Shown here: positions 1 to 10,094 of the stretch, piece by piece
Numbering within the stretch: position 1 is the stretch's first letter
Layout of the letters: every line of letters starts with the position of its first letter
Assembly: GCA_965207065.1 (NCBI GenBank)
Contig: OZ242260.1
Location: 448,001-512,000 of the forward strand
Length of the DNA: 64,000 nucleotides
Source of the DNA: a bacterium
GTDB lineage: Bacteria > UBA8248
Reading direction: 5' to 3'
Translations under genes and position numbers: made by a program
Notes under the pieces: generated by a model
Told to the model about the DNA's origin: nothing
Seen by the model: only the letters and a program-made list of their open reading frames with translations
The model's database searches: none

Positions 1-99
1 GTACTTCGAAAAACCGGACGCGATGAGGGAGGAGATGCTGTATCCCCCGCTCTGCGCGGCAGAACCCCGCCCGCTATCCGCCTTTCCTTCACCGCTCAT
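1..99 (-). CDS. 5' fragment of a probable sugar ABC transporter permease (runs off the window)
   Basis: ATG at 99-97 with GGAGGGGAG RBS, just downstream of the ABC ATPase; frame open to the window edge (MSGEGKADSG...); identity from operon position only. Confidence 0.5.
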   Translation of the reverse strand, partial: MSGEGKADSGRGSAAQSGGYSISSLIASGFSKY

Positions 100-124
100 T
101 GCTCCCCTCCCTTACCGAACCACC

Positions 125-1711
125 TTACGCCGCTATGCCCGTCGCGTAGCGCATGATGGTTTCCGCATCGGCGTCCTCACGAAGCACCTCGCCGGTGATG
201 CGGCCTTCGTTCATCACGATGATCCGGTTGCAGATCGCCGTGACTTCGGGCAACTCCGAGGATATCACGATGATCGCCACCCCGAGCTGCGCCAGTTCTT
301 CAAGAATCCGGTAAATTTCCACCTTGGCGCCCGCGTCGACGCCCTTGGTGGGCTCGTCGAGAATGACGATGCGCGCGCCCGTGGATATGCCCCGCGCGAG
401 GAGCACCTTCTGCTGGTTCCCGCCGCTGAGTTGGGCGATCTGGTCCGTCAAGGAGGCGACCTTGATGCTCAGCCGCTCCACGTAGTCGCGCGAGAGGTCC
501 GTTGCGCCCGATCCGTTGACCCAGCCCAGAAGGCGCGTGAGCTTGCGTGAGCGGCTCTCCCGGCCGAAGTTGAACAGGGTGATCAGCAGGTTCTCCAACA
601 CCGATAAGAGCGGGAACACGCCCTGATTCTTGCGATCCTCAGTCAGAAAGGAAAGCCCGTGGCGGATGGCGTCCCGGGGTTTCCTGATTCTCACCGGCTC
701 GCCGTCGATGAACACCTCGCCGCCATCGGGCCGCTCCAGGCCGAAGAGCGCGCGGAACAAATCCGTACGCCCTGCGCCGACCAAGCCCGCGAAGCCCAGA
801 ATCTCGCCCCCCTTCACCCTGAAACTCACGTCGCTGAACACACCCGTTTGCGTGAAATTCCTGACTTCGAGAACCTCCTCGCCCATCTTGCCCGAAATCC
901 TGGGGTAGCGCTCGCTGAAGGTTCGCCCCGTCATCATGCGGATCAGGGTGTCGATATCGGTGTTCTCGGCGCCGATGGTCCCGACGTGGCGGCCGTCGCG
1001 CAGGACGGAGATGCGATCGCCGATAGCGAGGCAATCCTCCAGCGTGTGGGAGACGTAGACGACCCCGATGCCGCGCTCCGTCAAGCGCTCGATGACGCCA
1101 AAGAGCGCTTCTTTTTCCCCGGGGCCCAGGGAAGAGGTAGGCTCGTCCATCAGGATGACTTTCGCATCGAAGGCGACCGCCTTGGCGATTTCGAGAAACT
1201 GCATGTCCGAGAGGCTCAAATTCAACACCTCGGCGTTCGGGTCGACCTCGATCCCCAGTTCGGTGAAAATCTCCCGGCAGCGCCGCTCCATCGCCGCCTC
1301 ATCGCGCACGCCCAGCCGCCCGAGCAGACGGTTTGCGCTCCTCAAATCGCGGCCCAGGAAGAGATTGCTCTTCACGTCCATCAGCCGCACGAGGCTCAGT
1401 TCCTGGTGGATGACGCTGATGCCGAGCTCCCGCGTGAGCGCAGGCGAGCACCTCTCGATAACGCCGCCTTCGAACACCATCTCGCCGGTATCTTTTTCAA
1501 CGACGCCCGCGATGATCTTGATCATGGTCGACTTGCCGGCCCCGTTCTCGCCCAGAAGCACGTGGACCTCGCCGGGGCGGACGCCAAAATCCACACCGTC
1601 GAGCGCCACGACGCCCGGAAAACGCTTGCCGATACCGCGCATGTCGAGAATGAGGCGCTCCGCCGCGCCCTCAGGGGGAGATTCGGGTGGATTGGAGGGG
1701 GATGACGTCAT
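125..1711 (-). CDS. Sugar (RbsA/MglA-type) ABC transporter ATP-binding protein with two ABC domains
   Basis: Walker A GENGAGKST, ILMDEPT, second domain LSGGNQQK and ILDEPTKGVD. Confidence 0.95.
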   Translation of the reverse strand: MTSSPSNPPESPPEGAAERLILDMRGIGKRFPGVVALDGVDFGVRPGEVHVLLGENGAGKSTMIKIIAGVVEKDTGEMVFEGGVIERCSPALTRELGISVIHQELSLVRLMDVKSNLFLGRDLRSANRLLGRLGVRDEAAMERRCREIFTELGIEVDPNAEVLNLSLSDMQFLEIAKAVAFDAKVILMDEPTSSLGPGEKEALFGVIERLTERGIGVVYVSHTLEDCLAIGDRISVLRDGRHVGTIGAENTDIDTLIRMMTGRTFSERYPRISGKMGEEVLEVRNFTQTGVFSDVSFRVKGGEILGFAGLVGAGRTDLFRALFGLERPDGGEVFIDGEPVRIRKPRDAIRHGLSFLTEDRKNQGVFPLLSVLENLLITLFNFGRESRSRKLTRLLGWVNGSGATDLSRDYVERLSIKVASLTDQIAQLSGGNQQKVLLARGISTGARIVILDEPTKGVDAGAKVEIYRILEELAQLGVAIIVISSELPEVTAICNRIIVMNEGRITGEVLREDADAETIMRYATGIAA

Positions 1712-1843
1712 GGGCGAGTCTTCCAGTTGGGAAATCGGGCGGCGCAGACGTGCACCACGTTCGCCTCCGGGGGTTGTTGAAAAACCCTTGTTCTTGTAAT
1801 TCGGCGTTTACAGCCGACTAGAGAGGGAATTCGACTCCGATTT

Positions 1844-1976
1844 GTAGGGGTCGCATACATGCGACCCATGCGGATGAACCAAAACCACGCTCATCGGCAA
1901 TCCCCTCGCCCGAATCGCGCCAATGACCCAAAAGGGGCGAATATCAAATCTTGGGTCGCATGTATGCGACCCCTAC
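1844..1976. repeat. GTAG-type REP doublet (REPIN-like)
   Basis: GTAGGGGTCGCATACATGCGACCC (1844-1867) and its exact reverse complement (1953-1976), each internally palindromic, 85-bp spacer. Confidence 0.85.
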
Positions 1977-2087
1977 ACTCCTCCCTCGTTCTTTCCGGCC
2001 AATCGGGCGACTGCGGGGGCCGGACAGACCCCGTGCCTGTCCGACGTCGTTCATTCATCAATCGTGTTTGATCCTCCGCGCGCGCCG

Positions 2088-3293
2088 CTATATCTCCAGC
2101 GGCTCTCTCGGGAAAGACGTAAAGGAGACGCCGCCTTCTTTCGTGACGTGCACCATGTCCTCGTTGCCGAACAGATAGGTGTTGTCGACGGCGATGCGCG
2201 GCTCGACGGCGAGCACCATGTTCTCCTCGAGAGGGAGTGTCTCGATTCCCATGTCGGGGCGCTCGTGGATGTCCCATCCCAGGCCGTGGCCCAGGAACCT
2301 GTCCCACAAATCGAACCCGGCGTCGCGGGCCATCGCCTCGGCCGTGTCGACGAGCCCGCTCGCTAAGACGCCCGGCTTCGCCTCCTCGATGACCGTCCGC
2401 TGAATTTCCAGAATCGTCTCATAAGCGCGGCGGTGGGCCTCCGTCACCGGCCCCATGGCGCGCGTGCGCGAGGAGTCGACCGGGTAGCCCTCGAACCGCA
2501 TGCAGATATCCCAGTGCACGACGTTGCCGCGCTCGATGGCCTTGCCCGGATTCGGCATGTGCAAAAGCGCGCCCGCCACCGGATAGCCGCTGCAGATGAG
2601 GCTCGGCGAAGAACTGCACGAATCCTCGTAAATCGGGTCGGCGGAACGCATCGCGTGATCGGCGGCGCGGATGAGTTCAAGCTCCGTCGTGCCGACGCCC
2701 TCCGTGCTCAGGATGGCGGCGACGGTCTCATGGCCCAAGTCCGCGACCCGGCCCGCCTTGCGCATCATCTCCAGGTCGAAATCGCTCTTCACCATCCGGA
2801 GTTCTTCGACGATGGTCGAGCGCACGATTTCGAGGTCCGGGAACGTCTCCCGCATCCCGGCGTAGAGGGGCGCGGGGAATTTGTCGAACGTCTCGATTCC
2901 GACGCGCTTCACGTCGCCGGTGTCGCGGATGAGCATCTCCAGGTTCTCGACGGAGAGGCCGTCTCCTTTTTTCGCCGAGAACCCCTCCCCCGCCACGATG
3001 CGCGGGACGCACACCTCGCGCGTCGGCATGAGGCCCGGATCGACCATGAGCGCGGGGTCGTCGGTTTGCGTGATGAAGGCCGCGCCCCCGTCGACGATGG
3101 CGGTCTCCGTGGTCGTCAAGCTGATCCACCCCGCCCGGTCGGGAAAGTAGTCGGTGAGATAGCGCAGGCTGCCGGAGAGCTTGTTGTTGCCGTAGACGAT
3201 CAGGGCGTCGTATTCGCGCTCCGCCATCAGCCGCCGGGTGTTCGCCAGTCGCCTGTCGATTTCGGCCTGGAGCACGTCGCGTGGAATGGGCAT
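2088..3293 (-). CDS. M24-family (Xaa-Pro/creatinase-like) metallopeptidase
   Basis: Pita-bread metal ligands: WD...YPVDSSRT, GHGLGWDIHE, AVEP, NED; creatinase-like N-terminal domain. Confidence 0.9.
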   Translation of the reverse strand: MPIPRDVLQAEIDRRLANTRRLMAEREYDALIVYGNNKLSGSLRYLTDYFPDRAGWISLTTTETAIVDGGAAFITQTDDPALMVDPGLMPTREVCVPRIVAGEGFSAKKGDGLSVENLEMLIRDTGDVKRVGIETFDKFPAPLYAGMRETFPDLEIVRSTIVEELRMVKSDFDLEMMRKAGRVADLGHETVAAILSTEGVGTTELELIRAADHAMRSADPIYEDSCSSSPSLICSGYPVAGALLHMPNPGKAIERGNVVHWDICMRFEGYPVDSSRTRAMGPVTEAHRRAYETILEIQRTVIEEAKPGVLASGLVDTAEAMARDAGFDLWDRFLGHGLGWDIHERPDMGIETLPLEENMVLAVEPRIAVDNTYLFGNEDMVHVTKEGGVSFTSFPREPLEI

Positions 3294-3376
3294 GAAAATC
3301 CCCCTGGGCGAGCGGACGCGCGCAGAGACGGGGCGTTAAAGCCCTGCCTCCGCCGCGCGGCCTCGCGTTTGTACTC

Positions 3377-4327
3377 TTACTTGATGCCGGCTTTCAGATT
3401 CTTTCCGACCGCCTGAAGCAGCCTCGTGTCGAGCGGAATCGTGCCGGTGTCGATCGTGTACTTGGACTTGTCGTCCTTATCCATCGCCACGTCGACGCCC
3501 GTGCGAACGAGCTGCTTGCCGACGGAGTCGCAAAAAGTCAGCACTGTCGCCAGCATGTTGCCGCGATAGACTTCCTGCATCGCCTCTTCGACGCCGTTGA
3601 AGCCAGTGACGATGATCTTGCCGAGCTTGCCGCGCGCCTTGACGGCCTGGAGCGCGCCGAGGGCCATGTCGTCGTTCACGGCGACGATGGCCGAGATGTC
3701 GGGATGCGCCGTCAGGATGTCCTCGGCCTTCTTGAGCCCCTGCGCGCGGTCCCAGTTGGCCGCCCAGACGCCGACCACCTTGATGCCCTTGTACTTGGCC
3801 AGCGTGTCCCTGGCGCCCCTTTTCCGCAGGATGCTGGACATGTTGCCCGGCACGCCCTCCATGAGCGCGACCTTGCCCTTGCCGCCCAGTTCCTCGGCGA
3901 CGGCCTTGGCGACTGCCGACTGCCCGTAGTACTGGTCCGGCCCGACGAAATGCCGCGCCACCTGCTTGGCCAGGTCGTCGGAATGGATGAGCACACGGAT
4001 GCCGCTTTTCTGCACCTTCTTGACAGTCTGCACCATCGCGTTCGGGTCGATGGCGCTGAAAGCGAGGACGTGCACGCGCTTCTGGATCATGTCGTCGATC
4101 ATCTTGGTCACGCCGATCAAATCGGTGCCCAGGGCGCCGCTCAACACCGTGAGCTTGACGTTGGGATGGTTCTTGGCTTCCGCCTCGGCGGAACGCTTGA
4201 GACACGCGAAGTAGGGGTTCCCCAGCGTTTCCACCACGATGCCTATCTTGATGTCCTTCGCGAACGCGGGCGACGTAAACCCGGCGAACGCCAGTGCCAC
4301 GATAACGATGCCGATCATGCGCTTCAT
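3377..4327 (-). CDS. Sugar ABC transporter substrate-binding protein (RbsB-like)
   Basis: Signal peptide MKRMIGIVIVALAFAGFTSPAFA after GGAGG RBS; NPYF, ANWDR, NDDMALGA motifs. Confidence 0.9.
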   Translation of the reverse strand: MKRMIGIVIVALAFAGFTSPAFAKDIKIGIVVETLGNPYFACLKRSAEAEAKNHPNVKLTVLSGALGTDLIGVTKMIDDMIQKRVHVLAFSAIDPNAMVQTVKKVQKSGIRVLIHSDDLAKQVARHFVGPDQYYGQSAVAKAVAEELGGKGKVALMEGVPGNMSSILRKRGARDTLAKYKGIKVVGVWAANWDRAQGLKKAEDILTAHPDISAIVAVNDDMALGALQAVKARGKLGKIIVTGFNGVEEAMQEVYRGNMLATVLTFCDSVGKQLVRTGVDVAMDKDDKSKYTIDTGTIPLDTRLLQAVGKNLKAGIK

Positions 4328-4486
4328 AGACTTTCCTCCCCGGTTAGATCTATGGCCCAGTGTGCAATCGCATTCTTTGAAATGTGGTGATGGGAAAATC
4401 ATCACACACAAGGCTTCGGCGCGTCAAGAAAGAAGACCGGCGGCGATGGGCCGAAGAAACGCGTCCGCGGTGAGTACTTCCTGCTT

Positions 4487-4772
4487 GGGATTCTTGAAAA
4501 AGCCCTAAAGATTAGCAGCCTTCTAAATACCTTTGTCGATAAGAAATCACTCCCCCTTTGAGGGTCGGTCTATCCTCCTCGGGTAGACCGACGAAGAGGC
4601 CGAGCCCTTGGGCGAAGGCCGATTCGGTGGGGGGACATGCCACAGAAAAGCTCCCCCCACCGACTCGCTTGCGGGCTTACGCCCTTATCTCGTCGACTCC
4701 CCCTCAAGGGGGAGTGAACTTCAAAAGCGTGCGCACAATCTAAATTCGCTTCCCAGGCTTTATCAACATCCC
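4487..4772. mobile_element. MITE-like cassette with imperfect terminal inverted repeats enclosing a palindromic repeat (4547-4717)
   Basis: Left end GGGATTCTTGAAAAAGCC, right end GGCTTTATCAACATCCC; the internal TCACTCCCCC...CTCAAGGGGGAGTGA element recurs inverted at 41938-42102. Confidence 0.65.
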
Positions 4773-4797
4773 GGCCCCCGCCGCCGGTGGAATCTCC

Positions 4798-6543
4798 CTA
4801 CTTGGGCGGGATAATCGGCAGGAGCACGTGGGAGGGATGATCGGGGCCGGTATGGATCGTCACCTCGCCGCCGAAGACCTCGGGCGGCCTGTCCACCGGG
4901 TCGTTATGCCGGAACGGCCCCACGCCCGAGAAGACGGCGGGCATGTTCGGAAGCCCCTGGGTGATTCCGCCCGGGTAGACGTAGTCGCAACCCCGGACGC
5001 TCAAGGCGATGCGATGGCCCTTTGGAACCACGATGGAGGTCGGCCAGATCTCGACGTCGAGTTCATATATCCCGCCTGGCGTCAGCGGCTGCACCTCGTC
5101 ATGCGCGTGGTAGGGCCGGTAGGGCAGCGTGAGTGATTCATCGAGCTTCCGGTGCGAGGCCCTGAGCCAGCCCTGGGCCACCGGGGTTTTGGGGTCGAGC
5201 GCGCCCTGGAAAGTGACTTCCCTGAAATCGGGCGTGAAAACACGAAGGACGAGGAACAGATCGGCGTCCTGGGTTTCAGATGACACCCACAGCTTGGACG
5301 CCAGGGGGCCCGTGAGCTCGGTTTCGCGCTTCAAGGGGGGCGAGACGAACGTCACCCCGTCGCTCAAGCCGGCGTAAGTGGCCGAACCCGCCTCCTCTGG
5401 CGCGGCCTCGCCGAGCAGGTGGCCTTCGGTGTGGAGGTAGAGCTTCGTCCAGTTCGTACGCGCGATGGGCCACTCGTTCTCCGCGCGCTCCACGAACTTC
5501 TCGCCGGGGTGGCGCACCTGGAGCAGGACCCTCGGCTGATCCTGCCAGCCGGTGTCCTCGCCCTTGAGGTAATGGCCGAAGAATTTCTTCTGCAGCGCCA
5601 CGCCGTAATCGGTGTAAAACTCCGTCCAGTGCTCGATGCCGTGGCTCTCCAGCCATTTCTCCTCAGACGCCGCGCGCATGAAGGCCTCGCAGTTGCCCCT
5701 CGGGTGAAGCCCCTGCCCGCCCCAGTTGTTGGAGGAGAGAAAGGGCACCTCAACCAGGGACCAGTCCGGCGTTTTCGCCTGCCAGTATTCATCATCCAAG
5801 GGATGCGCGCGCATCTCCGCACCCAGGCGGCAGCGGTTCGCCCCGAGTTCTTCTTCGCTCAGCGTGTCCGGCCCGGATACCCAATCGCCCGTCACCCGGC
5901 TCTTGTAGCCGCGCTCGCCCAGGCCGTGCTGCTTGGAACGCCCCCTGTTCTGATACCAGTTCTCCGTGAAGGTGCAGTAGATGCCGCCGTGGTAGTTCAT
6001 GTCGCGGTAGAAATCCGCCGCCCCCTCCCAGGCGCACATGGCGACGAGATGAGGCGGCTTCAGGCAGGCGACCTGCCACTGGTTGATGGCGTAATAGGAG
6101 ATGCCGTTGATCCCCACCTTCCCGTTGCTCCAGGGCTGAGCGCCCGCCCACTCGATGCACTCGTAGAAATCGCGCGTTTCGCGATCCGAAAACGGGTCCA
6201 TATACCCCGGCGATCGGCCCGCGCCCCTCGAATCCACCCGCAGGCAGACGTAGCCGTCCGGCACCCATTTCTCGGGGTCCACCACCTCCCAGTTCTGGTA
6301 TTTGTTCGAGGAACCCGCGGCGACGTCGGGGTGTTGCTCCACCATGCGCCGCCACTGTTCGGGATAGCCGTCCTCGAAATGGAGCCACTTCCCGTAAATC
6401 CCGTAGGTGATAATCACGGGATAGCGGCCCTCATCTATGGGCCGGTAGACGTCGCAGCGAAGCACGAGTCCATCGTCCATCTCGACCGGTACCTCCCAGT
6501 CGATCCGCATGCCGTCGGCTATTTCGGATTTACGCCCTCTCAT
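4798..6543 (-). CDS. CocE/NonD family serine hydrolase (peptidase S15), paralog 1
   Basis: LRCDVYRP, VDSRGAGRSPG, nucleophile GISYY, C-terminal PepX-type jelly-roll region. Confidence 0.92.
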   Translation of the reverse strand: MRGRKSEIADGMRIDWEVPVEMDDGLVLRCDVYRPIDEGRYPVIITYGIYGKWLHFEDGYPEQWRRMVEQHPDVAAGSSNKYQNWEVVDPEKWVPDGYVCLRVDSRGAGRSPGYMDPFSDRETRDFYECIEWAGAQPWSNGKVGINGISYYAINQWQVACLKPPHLVAMCAWEGAADFYRDMNYHGGIYCTFTENWYQNRGRSKQHGLGERGYKSRVTGDWVSGPDTLSEEELGANRCRLGAEMRAHPLDDEYWQAKTPDWSLVEVPFLSSNNWGGQGLHPRGNCEAFMRAASEEKWLESHGIEHWTEFYTDYGVALQKKFFGHYLKGEDTGWQDQPRVLLQVRHPGEKFVERAENEWPIARTNWTKLYLHTEGHLLGEAAPEEAGSATYAGLSDGVTFVSPPLKRETELTGPLASKLWVSSETQDADLFLVLRVFTPDFREVTFQGALDPKTPVAQGWLRASHRKLDESLTLPYRPYHAHDEVQPLTPGGIYELDVEIWPTSIVVPKGHRIALSVRGCDYVYPGGITQGLPNMPAVFSGVGPFRHNDPVDRPPEVFGGEVTIHTGPDHPSHVLLPIIPPK

Positions 6544-6570
6544 CGCGCACCTCTCGTGTTTTGTCGGGAA

Positions 6571-8319
6571 TCATCCTTTCTGTGGAATCACAGGCAGCAA
6601 CACGTGGGACGGACACGACGGGCCGGTGTGAAGCGTCACCTTCCCGCCGAAGAGTTCCGTCGGCCTGTCTTCTTTCAGGTCGTGCTTGAAGGGCCCGACG
6701 CCGTAATAGACGCGGCCCGATATCTTGGGCGCGGACGGTTCATAACCCGGCCAGACGTAATCGCGCCCCCGGACGCTGATCGCCAGGCGGTATTCCTTCG
6801 GAATGACGATGGAGGTGGGCCAGATTTCCACATCCAGTTCGTATATCTCGCCCGGCGTCAAAGGCTGAATCTCATCGTGCGTGTGGTAAGGCCGGTAGGG
6901 CAGCGTGAGTGATTCGTCGAGCTTTCGGTGCGAGGCCCTCAGCCAGCCGATGGCCACGGGCGTGTGCGGGTCGTTCGCGCCCCGGTAGACGATCTCGGTC
7001 ATGTCCGGCGTAAAGACGCGCAGGGTGAGGAACAAATCGGCGTCCGCCGTATCCGATGAGACGAATAGCTTGGCCGCCACGGGGCCGGTGATCTCGGTTT
7101 CCTCGGCAAAGGGCGGCGAGATGTAGATTAAGCCGTCGCCCAGGGCATCATAGGTCTTCGTCCGTTCGTTGGTCTGGGGTTCCGCCCGGAAGGTGCCGGA
7201 GCCGGAATGGAGATAATACTTCGTCCACTCCGTGCGCGCGATGGGCCACTCGCTCTCGGCGCGCGGCACGAATTTCTCGCCGGGATGCCGCACCAGAAGC
7301 TGGACTTTCGGCTGCTCCGCCCAACCGGTGTCCTCGCCCTTCAGGAAATGCCCAAAGAATTTCTTCTGAAGCGCGACGCCGTAATCGGTATAAAACTCCG
7401 TGAAGTGTTCCAGCCCGTGCATCTCCAGCCATTTCTGGTCGGTGGCCGATTGCACGAAGCCCTCCGTGTTGCCCCTGGGGTGCAGACCAACACCGCCCCA
7501 GTTGCCCGAGGATAAGAGCGGCACGTTGATTTTCGAGTAATCGGGCATGCGCGCGCGCCAGTAATCATCCACGAGGGGATGATCGATGATGTCCTGTCCG
7601 AAATCGCTACGGTTGGAAGCCAGTTCCTCTTCGCTCAGGTTGGCGGGGCCGGAAATCCAGTCGCCGTTGATGCGGCTCTTGATGCCTCGGTTTCCCTTTC
7701 CGTGCTGACGGGGGACGACGGCCTGGCGGTACCAGGTGTCCGAGAAGCGGCAGGCGATGCCGCCGTGGTGGGCGAGATCGCGGTAGAAATCGGCCGCCCC
7801 CTCCCAGACGCACATGGCGGCCAGGTGCGGCGGCTGGAGCGAGGCCACCTGCCACTGGTTCATCCCGTAGTAGGAGATGCCGTTCAGACCCACCTTCCCG
7901 TTGCTCCAGGACTGCACGCCCGCCCACTCGATGCAGTCGTAAAAATCCCTGGTCTCGCGCGGCGACCACACTTCCAGATAGCCCGGCGAGCGGCCGGCGC
8001 CCCGTGAGTCCACACGCACGCAGGCGTAGCCGTCGGGCACCCATTTCTCGGGGTCCACGAGCTCCCAGTTCTGGTATTTGTTGGTGGTGCCCATGACGGT
8101 CTCGGGATAGTCGTTCACCATCAGGCTCCACTGGTGGGGATAGCCGTCCTGCAGATGCAGCCATTTGCAGTAGGGGCCGTAGCTCATGATGACGGGGTAT
8201 TCGCCGTCGTCGTCGGGCCGGTAGACGTCGCAGCGCAGCACCACGCCGTCGTCCATCTCGATAGGCACGTCCCAGTCGATGCGCATTCCGTCTCTTGCCT
8301 CGCTCCTGTACTCGCTCAT
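6571..8319 (-). CDS. CocE/NonD family serine hydrolase, paralog 2
   Basis: Same motifs (GISYYG); colinear and similar to 4798-6543. Confidence 0.92.
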   Translation of the reverse strand: MSEYRSEARDGMRIDWDVPIEMDDGVVLRCDVYRPDDDGEYPVIMSYGPYCKWLHLQDGYPHQWSLMVNDYPETVMGTTNKYQNWELVDPEKWVPDGYACVRVDSRGAGRSPGYLEVWSPRETRDFYDCIEWAGVQSWSNGKVGLNGISYYGMNQWQVASLQPPHLAAMCVWEGAADFYRDLAHHGGIACRFSDTWYRQAVVPRQHGKGNRGIKSRINGDWISGPANLSEEELASNRSDFGQDIIDHPLVDDYWRARMPDYSKINVPLLSSGNWGGVGLHPRGNTEGFVQSATDQKWLEMHGLEHFTEFYTDYGVALQKKFFGHFLKGEDTGWAEQPKVQLLVRHPGEKFVPRAESEWPIARTEWTKYYLHSGSGTFRAEPQTNERTKTYDALGDGLIYISPPFAEETEITGPVAAKLFVSSDTADADLFLTLRVFTPDMTEIVYRGANDPHTPVAIGWLRASHRKLDESLTLPYRPYHTHDEIQPLTPGEIYELDVEIWPTSIVIPKEYRLAISVRGRDYVWPGYEPSAPKISGRVYYGVGPFKHDLKEDRPTELFGGKVTLHTGPSCPSHVLLPVIPQKG

Positions 8320-8466
8320 GTTTCGCCTTTCCGTGAAAAAGGTGGATCACCGTCGGTGATGTATTTGGGATTGGGGGAATATAACCGAGGGGGACTTAGG
8401 CGTCCAGATGGGGGGTATAAAAACTACAAATCAGGAGAATCAGCGGCGAAGGGATGAGACGCTGGT

Positions 8467-8706
8467 CTAATTCTCATCAAAAAATCCTTCTCGCAGACCA
8501 AATATGCGGATGATGTCCTTTTGATAACCTGGGAATATGGGAGTCTTCCCGCCATGATACGGAAGTGGGAAATGACGCTCCATACCGTCAATATCTGGAT
8601 GGTAAAGCATCCGATGACTACCCTTGCCGCGTCTTGAATAGACATTGAATCTGGGGTCAAAATCTCGCAGCAGCTTCAATAACTTCCTGTACTCAATCGT
8701 TCGCAA
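8467..8706 (-). CDS. hicA: HicA-family type II toxin (mRNA interferase)
   Basis: 79 aa, basic, GKGSH catalytic motif and P-x-H motif; TTG start 3 bp after the antitoxin stop. Confidence 0.75.
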   Translation of the reverse strand: MRTIEYRKLLKLLRDFDPRFNVYSRRGKGSHRMLYHPDIDGMERHFPLPYHGGKTPIFPGYQKDIIRIFGLREGFFDEN

Positions 8707-8709
8707 AGG

Positions 8710-9054
8710 CTATACCTCTGCGAATTTTTGCGGATCCACCCGGGGCAAGGGGACATCACAAGAAATGATGTCCGGGAGGCTTTGCGGGGGCTTCGATTTC
8801 AGGTGTCGCTTCACGCTATCACGTTTAACCGACTCATAGAGCGCATGATAGGAAGGCTCGGCGGGCACGAAAATCTCATCCAGGGTGTCGTGCTGCACGG
8901 CGAAAGATATCTGTGCCTCGACCGCTTCGGTGAGACTTTCCACCGCCTGATCTTGCGTTTCCCCATAGCCCCTGAGGCTCATATCCAGCGCGATCGCGCA
9001 CCACATCCCGTCTTCACGTACGACCAGAACACGGAGGGTATGGTTGAAATTCAT
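8710..9054 (-). CDS. hicB: HicB-like antitoxin (partial RNase H fold)
   Basis: EDGMWCAIALDMSLRGYGETQDQAVESLTEA matches the HicB N-terminal pattern; GAGGAG RBS. Confidence 0.7.
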   Translation of the reverse strand: MNFNHTLRVLVVREDGMWCAIALDMSLRGYGETQDQAVESLTEAVEAQISFAVQHDTLDEIFVPAEPSYHALYESVKRDSVKRHLKSKPPQSLPDIISCDVPLPRVDPQKFAEV

Positions 9055-9189
9055 TCGTGCGTGAACTCCTCAATTTTGTTCGTTGATCGTTTGTAGAAAC
9101 CGCCAATACCATTGCGGCTCATACAGGCGCATAGCTTACATGGTTTTATGAAGGTTCGCACCCGTCGCAATTTTGGCCCTCCCCCCCCA

Positions 9190-9762
9190 TCACTCCACCT
9201 GCTCCTCGAGCTTCCGGGTCGCCTCCTCGACGATTTCGCATACCTTGTCCATAATCTCGGGGTGCTCGCGGAACGACTCGCGCACCTCTTTCACGATCGC
9301 CAGCTTGGCGGCGGCGAAACCGTCCTCGTACTGGAGCCTCAGCTTCTCGGCCGATATACGGCTGCGCTCGAGCCCGTTCACCATCCGGGCGAGTTTCTCC
9401 GGCGTCAGGCGCTCGAAGGATTCCTTCCCCATCTGCGAGACGGCCTCGACCGCCTGCGTCATCAGCATCCGCCGCGCGGCCGCGGCCACCTTCTCTCCCG
9501 GGTCCCTGCCCTCGCCATCGTACGCCATGACTTCCTCGATCAGCTCATCCACCATGGCTTCCACCCGCCTGGTCTTGCGGATACCCTCTAGCAGGCGATT
9601 GTTGCGCGTCCCGATGGAGCCGAGCGTTATCTTCTCCCCGGTCTCCTTCTCGAAAGCCTCGGCCACTTCCTGGTAGGTCTTCCCCTCAGCGAGCATGGTA
9701 TCGACGATTTTCTCCGCGCCATATTCCACTACTTTCGATCTGCGCCCCCGCCTCCTCTCCAT
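9190..9762 (-). CDS. Mu gp27-like (DUF3486) protein, putative small terminase subunit
   Basis: N-terminal GRRSKV...TYQEVAEAF...ITLGSIG pattern of Phage_Mu_Gp27; translationally coupled to the gp26-like gene. Confidence 0.75.
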   Translation of the reverse strand: MERRRGRRSKVVEYGAEKIVDTMLAEGKTYQEVAEAFEKETGEKITLGSIGTRNNRLLEGIRKTRRVEAMVDELIEEVMAYDGEGRDPGEKVAAAARRMLMTQAVEAVSQMGKESFERLTPEKLARMVNGLERSRISAEKLRLQYEDGFAAAKLAIVKEVRESFREHPEIMDKVCEIVEEATRKLEEQVE

Positions 9763-10094
9763 TACAGATCCCCCACGAGGATGTCCGGCGAGGCGGATAC
9801 GGCGCCTTCGAGCAGGCCGCGCCCCTTGCGGGTCAGGTGCGCCTCGTAATCCGTCAGCAGGCGGCCGAACCCGCCCGGGGTGCGCTTTTCCACCAAACCC
9901 CGCCCGGCCAGATCGTCCACGAAGGCCTCGAGCGTCTCGCGGCCGAGGGGCGCGCCGTCCTCATGGTGGCCCGCCTCGCGCAGCGCGCTCCAAAGGAGAA
10001 GGCTCCCCACACTCGATTTCTCCTGAAATGCATTCTGGTAATAAAGCGTCTTCAAAATGTCGCCGCGCAGGACGCGGGCCGCCAGTTCGTTCAC
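9762..10094 (-). CDS. Mu gp26-like winged-helix protein
   Basis: R-x-x-IL-x-x-L...L-x-x-x-GLV...LT-x-x-G-x-x-x-x-EG pattern; directly upstream of gp27-like as in Mu-like phages; GAGGAGG RBS. Confidence 0.65.
   Translation of the reverse strand: MNELAARVLRGDILKTLYYQNAFQEKSSVGSLLLWSALREAGHHEDGAPLGRETLEAFVDDLAGRGLVEKRTPGGFGRLLTDYEAHLTRKGRGLLEGAVSASPDILVGDL

Noticed and set aside
5689-5698. Extra copy of the late-promoter box (GCAGTTGCCC)
   Set aside because: A single half-site inside a coding region, with no tandem partner or correctly spaced -10 box.
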